Below, piece after piece: positions 12,351 to 25,979 of a stretch of DNA of 64,000 nucleotides; the stretch's first letter is position 1; every line of letters starts with the position of its first letter. The stretch covers positions 345,600-409,599 of the forward strand of contig RDEW01000037.1 in NCBI GenBank assembly GCA_011109175.1, read 5' to 3'. The notes beneath the pieces were generated by a model. It was not told the DNA's origin, did no database searches, and saw only the letters and a list, made by a program, of their open reading frames with translations. The translations under genes were made by a program, and so were the position numbers. This DNA is from Dicyema japonicum. Its lineage: Eukaryota > Animalia > Dicyemida.

Positions 12351-12442
12351 TGATTGGTTAACTATTTATTTTTTTATTTTATTGAACCAAAAAATTGGTT
12401 AACTAAAAGTTTATGAAAATAAAATATTTAAAACTAAAATAA

Positions 12443-14347
12443 ATGTCTACTGAGATTGACTCATGCGAGTAGGTTTATTAAAATAACCCTCATAATATAT
12501 ACCATAACTATTAATTTAGTGTTATCAGACTAATACAACAATTTCTGAAGGAAAGTAATCTCTCTAAATCCTATGACGTCCTTACAGTAATAAACCATCT
12601 AACCTTCAGGAAGAATCTGGTGTCTATCTAAACACAGTCGAGTCAACTGATGTCTTCATTCAGGATGTAATTCAGGGAAACTGGGACAAAGTACTCATAA
12701 CTGTGAGATCACTCAAACTCCCAGAAAATAAGATAATCGACTTGTACGAACAAATATGTCTCGAATTGATCGAATTGAGAGAGTTTGGCGCCGTCAGGTC
12801 CCTTCTTCGTCAATCTGAACCAATGTTACTTTTGAAATCTACAAATCCTGAAAGGTTCCTTCGTTTAGAGACCTTTATGGGTCACCCAGTCTTCGATCCC
12901 AGAGTATTCCTTATATAATATGTAAGGTTTACGGAGAAAGCAAACAACAAAAGCGGAGTGACCTCGCCCAGTCTCTCTCTAAGGAGATCCACGTGGTTCC
13001 TTCTTCTCGATTACTTTTCCTGTTGGGCCAGTCTTTGAAATGGCAGCAGGAACAAGGTCTTCTACCTCCTGGTTGTTATTTTACTTATATCAGGTAACTC
13101 CATCGACATCTTCAGAGGAAAGACGGGGACCAAGACTGAGGAGGTTGAACAATTCCCTAAAGAAAACAGCAAAACCATAAAAGTACCAGATTTAACATAT
13201 TTCTAGTTTGGACAAAAATCACATGCCAAAGTGGTACAGTTTTCGCCAGATGGACAGTACTTGGTCTCTGGAACAGTGGACGGCTTTATTGAAGTATGGA
13301 ACTTTACCACAGGGAAACTAAGAAAGGACCTTCCATATCAAGCCAACGAAAGTGGTACAGTTTTCGCCAGATGGACAGTACTTGGTCTCTGGAACAGTGG
13401 ACGGCTTTATTGAAGTATGGAACTTTACCACAGGGAAACTAAGAAAGGACCTTCCATATCAAGCCAACGATAACTTCATGATGATTGACGATTCTGTTTT
13501 GTCTTTGGCATTCTCTAAAGATTCTGAGTTGTTGGCCTCTGGTAGTTCCTCGGGAGAAATAAAGGTACCACGTGGGCTATAATATAGATTTGGAGAATAT
13601 CGAACGGAGATGTGTTTAAAAGGTTTACTAATGCGCATTCTGCTGCTGTCACGTGTCTAAACTTTACTAAAGACTCTGCACAACTGTTGAGTTCCTCTAA
13701 TGACAAGTCAATCAGGTTTTTAGTGGTTAATTTGTAGGATTCACGGACTCAAGTCTGGGAGAATGCTTAAAGAATTCCTTGGTCATAATTCGTATGTTAA
13801 CTCAGCTATTTACCTCTCAGATTCACTTCACGTTGTCAGGTACCCCCAGTTTGCTTATATAAGTGCTTCTGCCGACAGCACAATCAAAATTTGGAGTATA
13901 AAGACATGTGAGTGTCTCAACACTTTCAAAACATTTGGTGGTAACTCTGGTGATTCTGCCGTGTTTTTTTTGTCTCCTTTGATGATGGTAGATGGACAGT
14001 TTGCTGTGTGTAATCACTCCAATTCACTGTTTGTAATGGATATACATGGACAGGTCTATTATTCATTAATTTGTAGGTTGTGAAGACGTTTTCATCAGCA
14101 AAGAAGGATATTTTCTTTTTATCAGCAGTTTTGTCCCCAAAAAACGAATATTTATACGGTGTAGGGGAGGACAAAGTGCTTTATTGTTTTTCGTTGGGGA
14201 GTGGAAAGTTGGAGAGAACGATATTTGTTAATAGTTGTTTGATTGTAGATTAACGGTGGAGAGGTGATTGGTGTATGTCATCACCCATTCCAGAATATGT
14301 TGGCGACGTATTGCACTCACGGATTAGTTAAGTTGTGGAAAGCCTGA
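12443..14347 (+). CDS. SMU1: WD40 spliceosomal factor SMU1, about 10 introns (one 51 nt, the rest 22-24 nt); exact 121-bp duplication 13228-13469 breaks the frame
   Basis: [20 protein letters not shown]..., [105 protein letters not shown]. Colinear with SMU1. Confidence 0.95.
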
Positions 14348-14634
14348 GTTTGTGATTGATGGTTCAATTTCTAAAGCTAATTGTGTTGTATAATCGAGGT
14401 TATGTCAAAGGAAATGTAATTTTGTTATTACAAAAGATACCACAAATAATACCATTCAGGGAATTACATTTGCTTAACATTAGTCTGCCTTATCAGATAG
14501 TACTCCAATGTGAGCAAATACCTTCCATGCCTATCGGAAAGTCATCGAGCGATTTGAGGAATCCAAGGAAGAAAACAAGTTCTTAAATAAAAAGAGAATT
14601 CTTGAGAAGGAACAAGGCCTAGACTATTTTTTCG

Positions 14635-14924
14635 TTAGGTTTGAGGAAGAGATTTTTTTGCATAAAAAATTACCTGCCTTTCACCCTTAACGGCAAAATG
14701 TAATAATACCTCTGGGGTTCGATGCTCTGGATAGAGGAATTTATAAGGAAAGTTAACTATTTCTGCCTTCCGCATGTGAACATTATTTTCTATATCTGAC
14801 AGAACAGGAATGAGTTCTTCTGCCATATTGAGAATTGTCAAGGTATCATAATTTGAGAGACCATAATTATCTTGATGACAATGTCGATCGTCAAGTCAGA
14901 TTTCTTTGTAGTACACCCATCCAT
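14635..14924 (-). CDS. Possible exons of an unknown gene
   Basis: Open frame with a 24-nt GT-AG intron-like segment. No recognisable homology and the end is unresolved. Confidence 0.3.
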
Positions 14925-15019
14925 AAGTTAATTACGTACTCCCCAAAAATCAGTAATCTCTTTGACACGTAGGCAATAGTCCATTGACAGCTTTTATTAT
15001 TATTTATTAACCCCGGATA

Positions 15020-17708
15020 CTGTTGATGGGGAAAGACCTGACAACCTACCCTTTATTTAAATGCCAAGAAAATCTTATGAACAAACCCTGCTACGATCTA
15101 ATTAAAAGCACGTTGCTGCAAAACATCAAATCTCGAGTCTTCGTCACACAAAATCTCACAAGTTCGCAACATGGAACGTAAAAGGATTAAGCGAAGGGAA
15201 ACTAGAAGTCGTAAAAAAAGAATTGAGATGGCTTGATATTGCTTGGAGTAAGCGAATTTCACTGGATCGACAGTAGTTATTTCGTTCTGATGGTTTCGTC
15301 ATATATTAGGTAACATTAATGCGAAGAGAAATGGAATGACCTTAATTGCTTCAAAGAAAATAGCAGCTGCTATTGAAAGTCAGAATATTCAATGATCGGA
15401 TAATACTAATCCACGTCCGTGGACGACCATTGAATATTATGGTCATGCAAGTGTATTCCCAAACATCTATTGCCAAGGATGACGAAATTGACCAATTTTA
15501 TTATGAATTTCAAGAGGCACTAAAACTAATACCCAAAAAGGACATAATCTACATAATGGGGGATTTCAATTCAAAAGTTGGGTATATGCCACATACGGAT
15601 ATTGTGGGAAGTTTTGGTTTGGGAAATAGAAATGATGCTGGGGATCGACTGGTCCATTTCTGTCAGGAAAATGGATTTCAGATAACTAACACATGGTTTA
15701 AACAGCACAAACGACGATTGTGCACGTGGATGTCGCCAAATGGAATGTCTAGGAACCATATTGATTATATTTTGTGCGCCAAACGCTGAAAAACCTCTAT
15801 AACAGCCGTCAAAACATATCCAGGGGCAGACTGTGGAACAGATCATCAGCTACTTGTTGCAAAAATTAAAACGAACTTCAGTAACACTTGGAATACCACC
15901 CGAGTAAAGAAATTTGATGTTTCAAACATACCACCAGAATACGCAATGTAAGTTAAGCACACTATTGGATTACTGAATTTGAACGGAAGGATGCCTGATG
16001 AATTATGGAATGATGTGCAGTTGGTTATCAGGAACGCTGCAATAAAACATGTCAAATACAAAACGCCTGCCAAGTGCTCTGAGTGGCTCTCTGCTAACAC
16101 CCTAAACATTGCTGAGGTTAGTAAAGCTGCTAAAGTTTCTGGGAATATAGACGAGACAAGAAAACTTAACTCTGAATTCAAAAAGGATAAAGACTACTGG
16201 AGGTTACGCTGCAAAAAATGGAAGATGACTATAAGAGAGGTCACACTAGGAATGCGTATTTACAACTAAAAAGATTACGAACCCCCCTTACGAAAATGAT
16301 GGGCAAAATCAAGGACACGATGGTGTTGAATTGCTAGGCCAACAGAACATCCGAAATCGTTGGAGAGAATATACGAAACGACTATATTCAGAAACTGTGT
16401 GCCCACTCATATGTGTTGATGAAGCAACGTTGGATGAAGGGCATAAAATCCTTGAGGAGGAATGCGTGTGGGCTACACGCCAATTAACGGGGAACAAGGC
16501 ACCGGGGATTGACAACATCTCAAGCGATTTGTTGAAGGCTATACCGGTATTTGGCTACGCGAGTGGAAAAGATCTATATTTATTCCAATACCGAAAAAAG
16601 GGATAGCAAGGAGTGTTCAAACTATTGTACAATAGCCTTAATTCCCACGTCAGCAAATTACTTCTAAAAATAATACGAAATCGTCTAATGCCAAATGCCG
16701 AAATGATTTTACCGGATGTCCAAGCAGGATTCAAGAAGGGACGAGGCACACGTGACTATATAGAAAATGTCCGGTGGATTATGGAGAAAGCTCATGAATC
16801 CCAAACAAAATTGGTAGAGGAGTAAGACAAAGATGCTTATTATCTCCCATCATATTCAATATTTATGCCGAAATGATCATGACTAAATTGGATAATGTAT
16901 CAATTAACGGGATTAAAATTAAAGGCAGGAACATCAATAATTTGCGCTATGCTGACGACACAACCTTACTGGCTGAAACAGAGGATGGCCTCGGAGTTGA
17001 TTCTAAGATTCAGAGAAGAGAGCGCCGTCTCTGGTTTATTGCTAAATATCAAGACCAAAATTATGACTACTGCTAATAATGGAACTAAAAATTGGGAATG
17101 AGAAAATAGAGAGTAGCGATAATGTTGTCTTTTTGGGATATCTAATTAATCGGAATGGTGACGGAGGCTTGGAAACCAAGAGGCGAATTGCCATGGGACC
17201 TTCCAGAAAATGAATAGAATTTGGACAAGTAAAGATATTTGCTTAAGGACCAAATGCAGACTGGTTAATGCAACCGTGTTCCAGGCTTTTCTATACGGCG
17301 CAGAATCATGGATACTGTAAAAAGCGGATAGACGAAAAGTTAATGCTTTTGAACTGTGGTGCTGGAGGAGGTTACTAAGAATCCCTTAGACTTCCAAAGT
17401 AACAAACATCGATGTACTCAACCGGGTGGAGATGGACATTTCGCTAGAAGGAAGAATCGTAAAACACAGATTGCCGTTCTTTGGGCATGTTGTCCGCTCT
17501 GACTCCTTGGAAAGAACCATTATGCTGAGCAATATTACTAAGAAGAGAAGACCAGTCGACTGAGGATTCGGTGGTTATCCACGGTGGAAGACTTCACGGA
17601 AATGCCTATATCAAGGCTACTCCAAATTGCGACGGATCGGAGAGAGTGGAGGAAACTCGTTCATGAGATCTCCAAGGGTCGGACACGACTAAATTGGACA
17701 ACATAACA
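15020..17708 (+). mobile_element. BovB-like RTE retrotransposon, near full-length but decayed, with 12-bp TSD
   Basis: FATWNVKG, MGDFNSKVG, GSFGLGNRNDAGDRL..FCQEN, TWMSPNG..NHIDYIL, YPGADCGTDHQLL, QAGFKKGRGTRD, NNLRYADDTTLLAE, 3' ggtcggacacgact plus (ACATA) tail. TSD taaccccggata at 15008-15019 and 17709-17720. Confidence 0.9.
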
Positions 17709-17765
17709 TAACCCCGGATAAACCGAGACAGAAGTTAAAGTAAACAACTATTTAAGTGTATCCAG
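17709..17765 (-). mobile_element. SINE A 3' stub, split from its tail (about 14995-15019) by the BovB-like insertion
   Basis: accccggataaaccgagacagaagttaaagtaaacaactatttaagtgtatccag matches SINE A. Confidence 0.8.
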
Positions 17766-18214
17766 CTGAGTCAAGGATATCTCTTTACTAACTCAGACAA
17801 ACATGTTTCCGAAGTGGTTCTAAAAATTATGTCCTTAAAAAACATTATGAAGACCTCAAACATTTTTTAGACTATTGGAATAACCTAATTAAATTATTAT
17901 AAAGACCAAGGTAAAACCAAACTAATTTATTGATCCTAACGCGTTCAGCAGAACCTTCAGCAAGCACAGTGACCCAGAGAGCGTTCTCCGGGAAGTTTAT
18001 GTCGATTCCAGAATTTGTCTCCCGATGGAATGAAGGGATGGATCTTCTAGAATGCCGACCAACAATTAGGCTTATCCCGAGTAAGGTGGATCCAATGGTG
18101 CCACCAGAAGGAAGAAAGGGAAATTCTGCTACGACAAAAAACTTAAATAGAAATGACCTTGTGCTAATCTCTCTCGGCGCGTAATATCACAGGGTTACAA
18201 AGTAAATAGTAGGG

Positions 18215-18243
18215 GGTCGACTTATACACCGGAAAATACGGTA
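18215..18243 (-). mobile_element. Solitary pogo/Tc2-type TIR
   Basis: Reverse complement TACCGTATTTTCCGGTGTATAAGTCGACC, typical of pogo-like ends. No partner TIR found. Confidence 0.5.
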
Positions 18244-18854
18244 ATTCTTTTTTCATTTGTCCACCGTGAAAAATCGACAAAAATTGACATAAAGGGAATA
18301 CATCAGTTCCTGAGAGAAACACTGGGTGATTTTGAGGTCGGAATTACCAGATGGCTTTCCCTTATAAGTGGTTAATAGCAGTTCCTACACTCAACTTCCA
18401 TGACAAAACCCTTCAGTGGTCACTAGAAGACTAAATTTATTACAGCTCTCCACTAAACTTTAATCTGATGAAAGGGAAGATTCCTGAAATGAGGGTCTGG
18501 CAAATACAAAATCTACCAAAAAGTAACCATATTAAAATCCAAAAAGGAAACTGAGAATGAGTTCATGGTGTTACAATTACAAATTTGCTTACTGACAGTT
18601 GCCTGGGAAATATTTTCTTATGGTTTACCTACCTTGATTAAGTGGTCGCCTATATTAACCATGTCAACATTCCACTCCTCCAATGGCAAAATGACCATAA
18701 TTAGAAAATCTTCGTATAATGCTAATACCTCATCCCAGAGGTCATTCGAGTGCTCTCATCCTTGAGTAAGAATAAATTTATTTCATAAGTTTGGAAGACT
18801 GAAGCTGACGAAAGGGCACATGGGGAGAAGAATATATTTCGGAAATTTTGATTT

Positions 18855-19510
18855 GTTATTATTTATTTATTAATCCTGGATATACCGGAAAAGACAAGAG
18901 TTAATTAACATATAATTATGGTATATCCAATACCCACGGTCGGAATGAGACACATCACTTCAAAGCATCGCGTTTATACATATCCACAGTTGTAGCAACC
19001 ACTCAATACGGAAGATAGTGATCCTTTTTGGATCCCATCAAGCACCGGACGTCTCTTGGAACAGGTGGGTCATATGCGTGTCTTAGGATTCGAAGAAAGC
19101 ACAGACCACTAGGAAATGGTTCAACCAGATAAGCATGAGAATCGAGTANAGTTTGGAAGACAGAAGCTGACGAAAGGGCACATGAGGAGAAGAATATATT
19201 TCGGAAATTTCGATTTGTTATTATTTATTAATTGATCCCGGATATACCGGAAAAGACAAGAGTTAATTAACGTATAATTATGGTATATCCAGTACCCACG
19301 GTCGGAATGAGACACATCACTTCAAAGCATCGCGTTTATACATATCCACAGTTGTAGCAACCACTCAATACGGAAGATAGTGATCCTTTTTAAATCCCAG
19401 TCAAGCACCGGACGTCTCTTGGAACAGGTGGGTCATATGCGTGTCTTAGGATTCGAAGAAAGCACAGACCACTATGAAATGGTTCAACCAGATAAGCATG
19501 AGAATCGAGT
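18855..19510 (-). mobile_element. Diverged SINE A subfamily copy, present twice across the N at 19149
   Basis: Shares ordered motifs gacccacctg, aaaaaggatca, ggttgctacaactg, tggatatacc, ggtatatccggg and the (TAAA)n tail with SINE A. Confidence 0.65.
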
Positions 19511-19623
19511 AAAGCTTAGCAAAATTATGTGCAATATAAGAAATATTAATACGGTCGAGAGATAGTGGAAAGTATGTCAAATAATTATATATATCTGAAT
19601 CTGCGCCAAACTAACTGAAAAAT

Positions 19624-22300
19624 ATGCTACAGGAATCGTCTATCGAAAAGATTCAATTTGATGACTTATTGGGATGGTTTTCAGTCCTACTTGATCGACA
19701 TTTGAAGATGAAGAATACATTCATGATAAATTATGAGAAATTATTTACGGAAAATAAAAATTTGAGGTTAATTCAGGGATAATATTAGGGATGGTCTAAG
19801 GAAAACATCTTTAATGTCAGACAAAGCTCAGAATACGGTATCCAATGTAGATTTAGGATTTTTAGATAGAGGAAGCCTGTGACCTAAATTCCAAAAATTC
19901 AGAAGAAGAAGAAGAAGAAGAAGAAGAAGAAGAAAAATTGAATACGGGGCAATTATGGAACTCGTACTTGAGTCAGAAGAAAATGGTTTGCCAAAGTATT
20001 AATCGGAGATATCAAATTTGGAGTATTTAGTTGCAAACTACAAACAGAAGGATGAAACGTTCTTATATGAGAATCACGAAATTATAATTTCTCTGAAAGT
20101 AAGTCTATCATTCAGTTTTTGGCTTTACAAGACAGAATTACTGTCGCGGGACAAATAAAGAAGCTCGATCAAGTGGAAGAAGAAAGTAACTACAAAGAGA
20201 AATTGGATTCGTTTTGTTCTCTCTCAGTAGATAAACAGAGAGAAATACTTTTGGGGCTGTTTCTCAGAAATTATCAGCTCCAGAAAAAGGTCGAAGTCTT
20301 TATGAAGCATGTGGCTGACTTTACACGTGGGAATATTATATAATCACTAGTTGTGAGTATTTGCGAGAACAAAGAGGAAATGGATGAGCTTGCGAATGTT
20401 TGCCGCATCCTAAGCACCACTGAATGCGCAAATAACGAAATCCTTTCAATTTGCAAAGTCGTCTGTGAGCTATGTAGATATCCCCCGGTGACATATAAAC
20501 TAATTCTTATAGACCGAATCTTCCAAATTTGACGAAAATTTAGAGATAATTGTCCAAATGTACGACTCCCTCTTTTCCCAAGCGAAGACGATTCAGAGAC
20601 TCCTAAATAAAGTAAAGTGCCCACGTGTACTTTAGTTGAATAAATATTTTACAAAAATGCAATATTGCAGTAATTGTCGTAAAAATGTATCTCTGCTTTT
20701 ATTTTTCAGAGATTCTCGGGGGACTCAGATTTGCTGGTCCTAAAAGTTGCCATGTTTCTAAGTTTCAGGAAAGTTGTGAAGATTTCAATGATTTAAATGA
20801 AATTTCCTTGTCTAAACGTGATGACCATGATGATGTATTCGATGAGTCCTCGATTTCGTCATACGACCAAACTTGTATGCCTTTAGATTCAGCTGATAAA
20901 TTGTATGTTATCAAACAAGACCACCTAAAGTCGAGACTTGAAAGCCATGAATTCTTATGCATGCTGAAAAATATTTCACAACTTCTGAACTTCAAATCTG
21001 TTCAGACATACTTACTAATAATTAGAAGTTACAGAAAGATCCCCCGTCTACAGGCAAGGAGGTAATCCTTATTAAACTATATTTTAGACGAAAATTTCAT
21101 GGGCGAAGCGGTCTTTGATCGAGAAAGAGCATGAATTTGTAAAATTCTTCCTTAAAAAAGTACATAATTGGGTGAACTAATGCTAGGAACATGAACTCCC
21201 AAATTATGATAACTTCCCGGAAATTAAAATTCATTACAGCACATTGGATCACGTAGTTGATTGTTGTAAAGTGTTAGGTAACCAATGAAGTCTGTATCCA
21301 GAGTAAAATATCAGGGGAAATACACAGCTCAGACATGACAGATAAAGAAAGAAGTGATTCTGAAGCAATAAAAGAGACCAGCACTGATTTTGAGGAGTCG
21401 GAAGAATTTAGTAGTTGTGAAAAGAATGCTGAGTCCTTAAGAAAGGGTATAAACGACGTCCTTGTTTTAGAGAAAGAAAAATCTTATAAGGAATTTGTAG
21501 AATCAGGGGAAATAAAATTGGACCAAACTACCTTTGAAGCAGTTGATGTATTAAAAGATGTCCAGGTTGAATTGATTGCGGTGGAAACTCAAGTACACCA
21601 AGTAAGTGTATTTTAGTCGAGTGAGAGTCCTAAAGGTGCAATACCTGATGCTCAAGGTGAAGATGAAATGTCAGTTCAAACTCAAAAATCAAAAGATGAG
21701 GTTTTTGAGTGTGAGTGATGTAGCCTAAAATTATAATTGGCACTGGGGATGTCGTACCAGACGTATATTTACGAAGTGAAACCGAGATTTCAAAAACAAC
21801 TTCGCCGTTTTCTGTGGAAGGTCAAGTATACAGATTATCTGACGAAAACTACCTAAACTACCCAATTTGTGGGGAATTGATATTCGGAAACAAATGTGTC
21901 ATCAATCCACTGAAAGGAAAGATAATAACTGATCACATTAATGATTTGAGAAATAAAGTATTACTCCTAAATATGTCACATTGTGACAAATATGGTTATG
22001 ATTTACTTTATTTCAGAAAATTTTGTCAACCAAATGTTTGACGATTGCCAAGTGGTACCTCAAACGTTAAACGGTCCGAGTAATAATGGTTGGTTTGTTA
22101 TGTTAAAAGAAGAAATGAAAGATATTGAGGTTGTATTTGATTTGCCACAAGATGAATCAATTTCAACTTCGATGTCAAAAAATTGGTAAATTTGCTGGTT
22201 TACTCGTAGCTCCTTGAAAAAAACTTATTCCAAGTCTTCGAGTTCGGGGTCATATACCACAAATTCCAGGGCTTCATAATATTAACCTCTACACTAATCA
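19624..22300 (+). CDS. Candidate multi-exon gene(s) of unknown function with poly-Glu and acidic regions
   Basis: Chain of plus-strand ORFs (20119-20343, 20685-21065, 21335-21616, 21814-22189) separated by short GT-AG segments. The exact model is not resolved. Confidence 0.4.
19902..19934 (+). repeat. (GAA)11 microsatellite, probably encoding poly-Glu
   Basis: Direct sequence. Confidence 0.9.
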
Positions 22301-22345
22301 ATATTCTAACAATAATTCGTTGAGATTTGTCATTAAACTATATTA

Positions 22346-22690
22346 TTGACTATCTCTTTGTCATACCTCACCCATGGATTTCCACTAATGCTTCTGGGAC
22401 GTCTTCCATCAAATATCGACGGAAGTAAAGCTTCCTCACTGCGGGAAGTTCGTGTCCTTTTGGCTTGCGTCTTTATGGTCACGTTCCTATCTGAACAGAA
22501 TCGGACATTCGTCCTCTCCACTTTCCCATCATGCCTCCTTGACGACCAGAAGACCACTTCTCTTGTTTGGGTCCTCCTCCAAGTTCTGCATAGAATCAAA
22601 TACACCTGTCGGATATCTAGATCTTGGCTTTGATATTTTTGTTAGCCACCGGTTTCTTTCACTCTAAGGGACCGGGGGTAAATTAATAAA
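22346..22690 (+). mobile_element. 3' end of an Ingi-like LINE
   Basis: C..DQKTTS, HLSDI*..IFLLATGF then ccgggggtaaattaataaac tail. Confidence 0.5.
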
Positions 22691-23344
22691 CATTATTTAC
22701 TCAATGAAGACTAGTATTAAGTAGGATTAGTGGGGACACTCCCTAATTTAGAGCCTCGTCCCGGAATGTCCCGGATTATTAAATTTATTATTTAGTAATA
22801 TTGGAATGAAAAACTAATCAGGATAATCGAATTAAATGTTTGCAAATATTTAAAGAGAAAAGTATTTAAATTCCTAATTTTATTAAAATTATATGTTTTT
22901 TGCTTACCCGACACTACTGCTGCTGTAGAAATAATGTTTTCAATTATAAATTCCACTTGGTCAAAAGAAAAATCGAATGAAAGAAAAAACCCTCAAATAA
23001 TTATTGAGTTGTAAATTGAACATTGGCATACCGAGCATTGATTATTTTTGAAAAAATATAAAATAATCAAAAATTTCTAGATAAAGTTAATTCAGTTCAA
23101 ATATATAATCGACTTTCTTAGTTATGAGAACTGATATTTTCTTGGTTTTCTGTGACAATTGTTTGTCCCGGAAAGTTCCGAATTTTGATTATCAAAATCA
23201 ATGGATATCCCGGAATTATAGAATAATACAGTGGAAAGCCTAGTATTGAGTAGACTTGAGTGATCAATGTGCTATGTGTACTCCCACAATTTTACCGTAA
23301 GGCTTACTTCTTTGGATTGTATTTATTATAGTATAAGGTTTCTG

Positions 23345-23645
23345 TGATGATGCGTGGTTAATTGGTTAAAGTTTTCTGCTTGCTTGTCTGTTCCTCCTCT
23401 CTCTTCCTAATAGAGTGGCGTCATGTGATCCACCTGTCTAGGTGACGCCCAGTGCCAGGCCGGCACGAAAAGGATTATTTGATCTTCCCCACTCTACTGG
23501 AGGGGTTTCCACAACTGCATGTAATGGACGTCTTACCCTTTATGCTGATTCCGGATGGACTCTGTTTCTGTAGAAGTGGAAACTGAATGCACTTAATTAG
23601 TTGTTTACTTTAACTTCTTTCTCGGTGCATCCGGGGTTATTAAAT
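23345..23645 (+). mobile_element. SINE A copy, slightly 5'-truncated
   Basis: High identity to the reverse complement of 43077-43397. Confidence 0.9.
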
Positions 23646-24789
23646 AGTACGGAGTTTCTAAATTTGATTTTCACGTGGCATATTGTATGTCATATTTCGC
23701 AAACGCAAAAACAATTCTATTGGCCCTCTTATAAAGACAGTCAGAAGTAGGATAACTGGCTCCATAACTGCATGAGAACTGCCAGTTTCTAATCACTTTC
23801 TTCCTCCCAAGATTGCAATCGCTAGTGTTGATCACTCCGGCAAATCCACTCGACAAACTTCTTACGAAATTTCTATATATGGAAAATGTGTTGAGGCTTT
23901 GAATGTCCAAATCAAGGAAGTAAACTCTATGNAGACACTGTCAGAAGTAGGATGACTGGCTCCATAACTGCATGAGAACTGCCAGTTTCTAATCACTTTC
24001 TTCCTCCCAAGATTGCAATCGCTAGTGTTGATCACTCCGGCAAATCCACTCGACAAACTTCTTACGAAATTTTTATATATGGAAAATGTGTTGAGGCTTT
24101 GAATGTCCAAATCAAGGAAGTAAACTCTATGCCACAGGATACAAGTGTTCCTACTTGAAAGGTTCCGTTCAAATTTGTCAAAGCTGATATGTTTAACGGA
24201 TTTAGGATTATATCCGTATTTTATTGATGAATACTAGGGCACTCCTCAACAACATAACTACATTTAATATAGTTTTAGGACAATTTGAAAGTTTCTCCAA
24301 AGGCACAGGTCATTTGATTTTGCTTTTTTAGTAACTCTAAGTATTCAATAGGTGTTTCGTTAAATTCTGATGTAGAGTATTGAAATGGCGGAGCAATTTA
24401 CCTGGCACCATGGAATGATTTGATAAAATCTTATCACAAAAAAAACATTTTAGAATTTGTTTTTTTATTACAACAATAAAATCTTAGAGACAAATAAGAA
24501 TTTTTATATCGACGTAAAATAGGAGCTTTTAACAACCATAAGAAAGAAAACTGGAATGATTTGATAAAATATCATCACAAAAAAAACATTTTAGAATTTG
24601 TTTTTTTATTACAACAATAAAATCTTAGAGACAAATAAGAATTTTTACATCGACGTAAAATAGGAGCTTTTAACAACCATAAGAAAGAAAACGTGTTTCA
24701 CAAATTGAATGTAACTAAAATGATAGGCTAACCTTTTTAAAAATAGAATAAATAATTTAAAATACTAAGAAAATTAAAAATCAATGTAT

Positions 24790-25420
24790 TTGCAGGCAGC
24801 ACGCCGTTAGAGAAGCACTGGCATAAACAGTGATTATGAACTTGGATTAGAAAGCTTACGACTCTTGGTCAATGGATTTCTCTCATGGATTGTTCTGGCC
24901 TTCCACGTGGATTGGAAGGTTTGTAAAGATCCTAATAAGCCATCGGAATAAATTTCAACAAGGATTGAAGTGATTAAATTGAACCGTGGAATATTGCAAG
25001 ATTTGTTATCTCCACAGCTTTTTGTGATAGTCATGGATTCTTTTAGCTGAACTCGAAATAGTAAATTTCCAAAATTGTCTATATTCCAATCCATCATTGG
25101 TGACGTATAAAACTAATCAATTTCTATTGATGATCTACAAATATTTGCGGAGAAGGAAAATACAATGGTGAGGATGATGGATGAGATTGGTGAACATTTC
25201 AGTGTGGTTGATCTTAAGAGTAGTTTTGAGAAGTCTGCCACTAATCTGGAGTTTATGAAGGATGTAAAATTTTTGATAAAGGCTAGCGCTACCTCGGAGT
25301 TTAACAGGATCGTGCAGCAACGTCATGAAGCAGGACGTTTTGAGAAGGAAGAAGAGGATCGTGAGATTGGTGTAAACGAAGCTCAATGCTGCAAATCTAT
25401 TTAAAGTAGTCTCAGAAAAA
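24790..25420 (+). mobile_element. RT core fragment of the microsporidia-like RLE family
   Basis: IKLNRGILQ.LLSPQLFVIVMDSFS..NSKFPK..NQFL.IDDLQIFAEKENTMVRMMDE..FSVVDL..SFEKSATN. Confidence 0.7.
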
Positions 25421-25979
25421 ATGGAATCCTGCGGGTACTTAAAGCTAAGAAAACGTGACCATTTCTTGATTCCAAGTACATGGTGAACTCAACCCAAGTA
25501 AGCCTCGTCGTTATAAGGGAGAATCAACAGGAATCCCTGATAAATAGTACATCAACAGAATCCTCACTCTATAATTTATTTATTTTATTTGTGCACCCTA
25601 AGATTGTTACGAGAATAAAAATATTAATCCGCTGAGAGGTTGGTCAGTGGACACAATAGTTCGGAGATCTGAGACTTTGTAATGTCTTCTTCAAGACAGG
25701 GATCTGTTTTTTGCATGTAAAGATTCACTATGCAATTATTGTAAGAGGTCAAAAAAAGTCTGTCCAGGTGGTGGGAGAAGCGAATAGTAATATTAATTTA
25801 ATAGGGGTTTTCGTAAAAATAAGTCTAAATTTGGAGTTTCTTGTCATATTAAGCAGTTTCTGTTCCGTCAATAGATCATGTTTACTGGATCAGATGATAT
25901 TGTGATATCAAAGAAACATTAGAGACAATATAAACTGGTCTCATTTAGCTCATATCAATTTAAACGGTTTAGTTGCCAA

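Noticed and set aside
18460-18515. CTGATGA..GAAA..GTC hammerhead-like core
   Set aside because: Stem II is weak and stems I and III cannot form
22720-23225. gtcccgg repeats as hAT MITE ends
   Set aside because: No convincing TIR pair or 8-bp TSD
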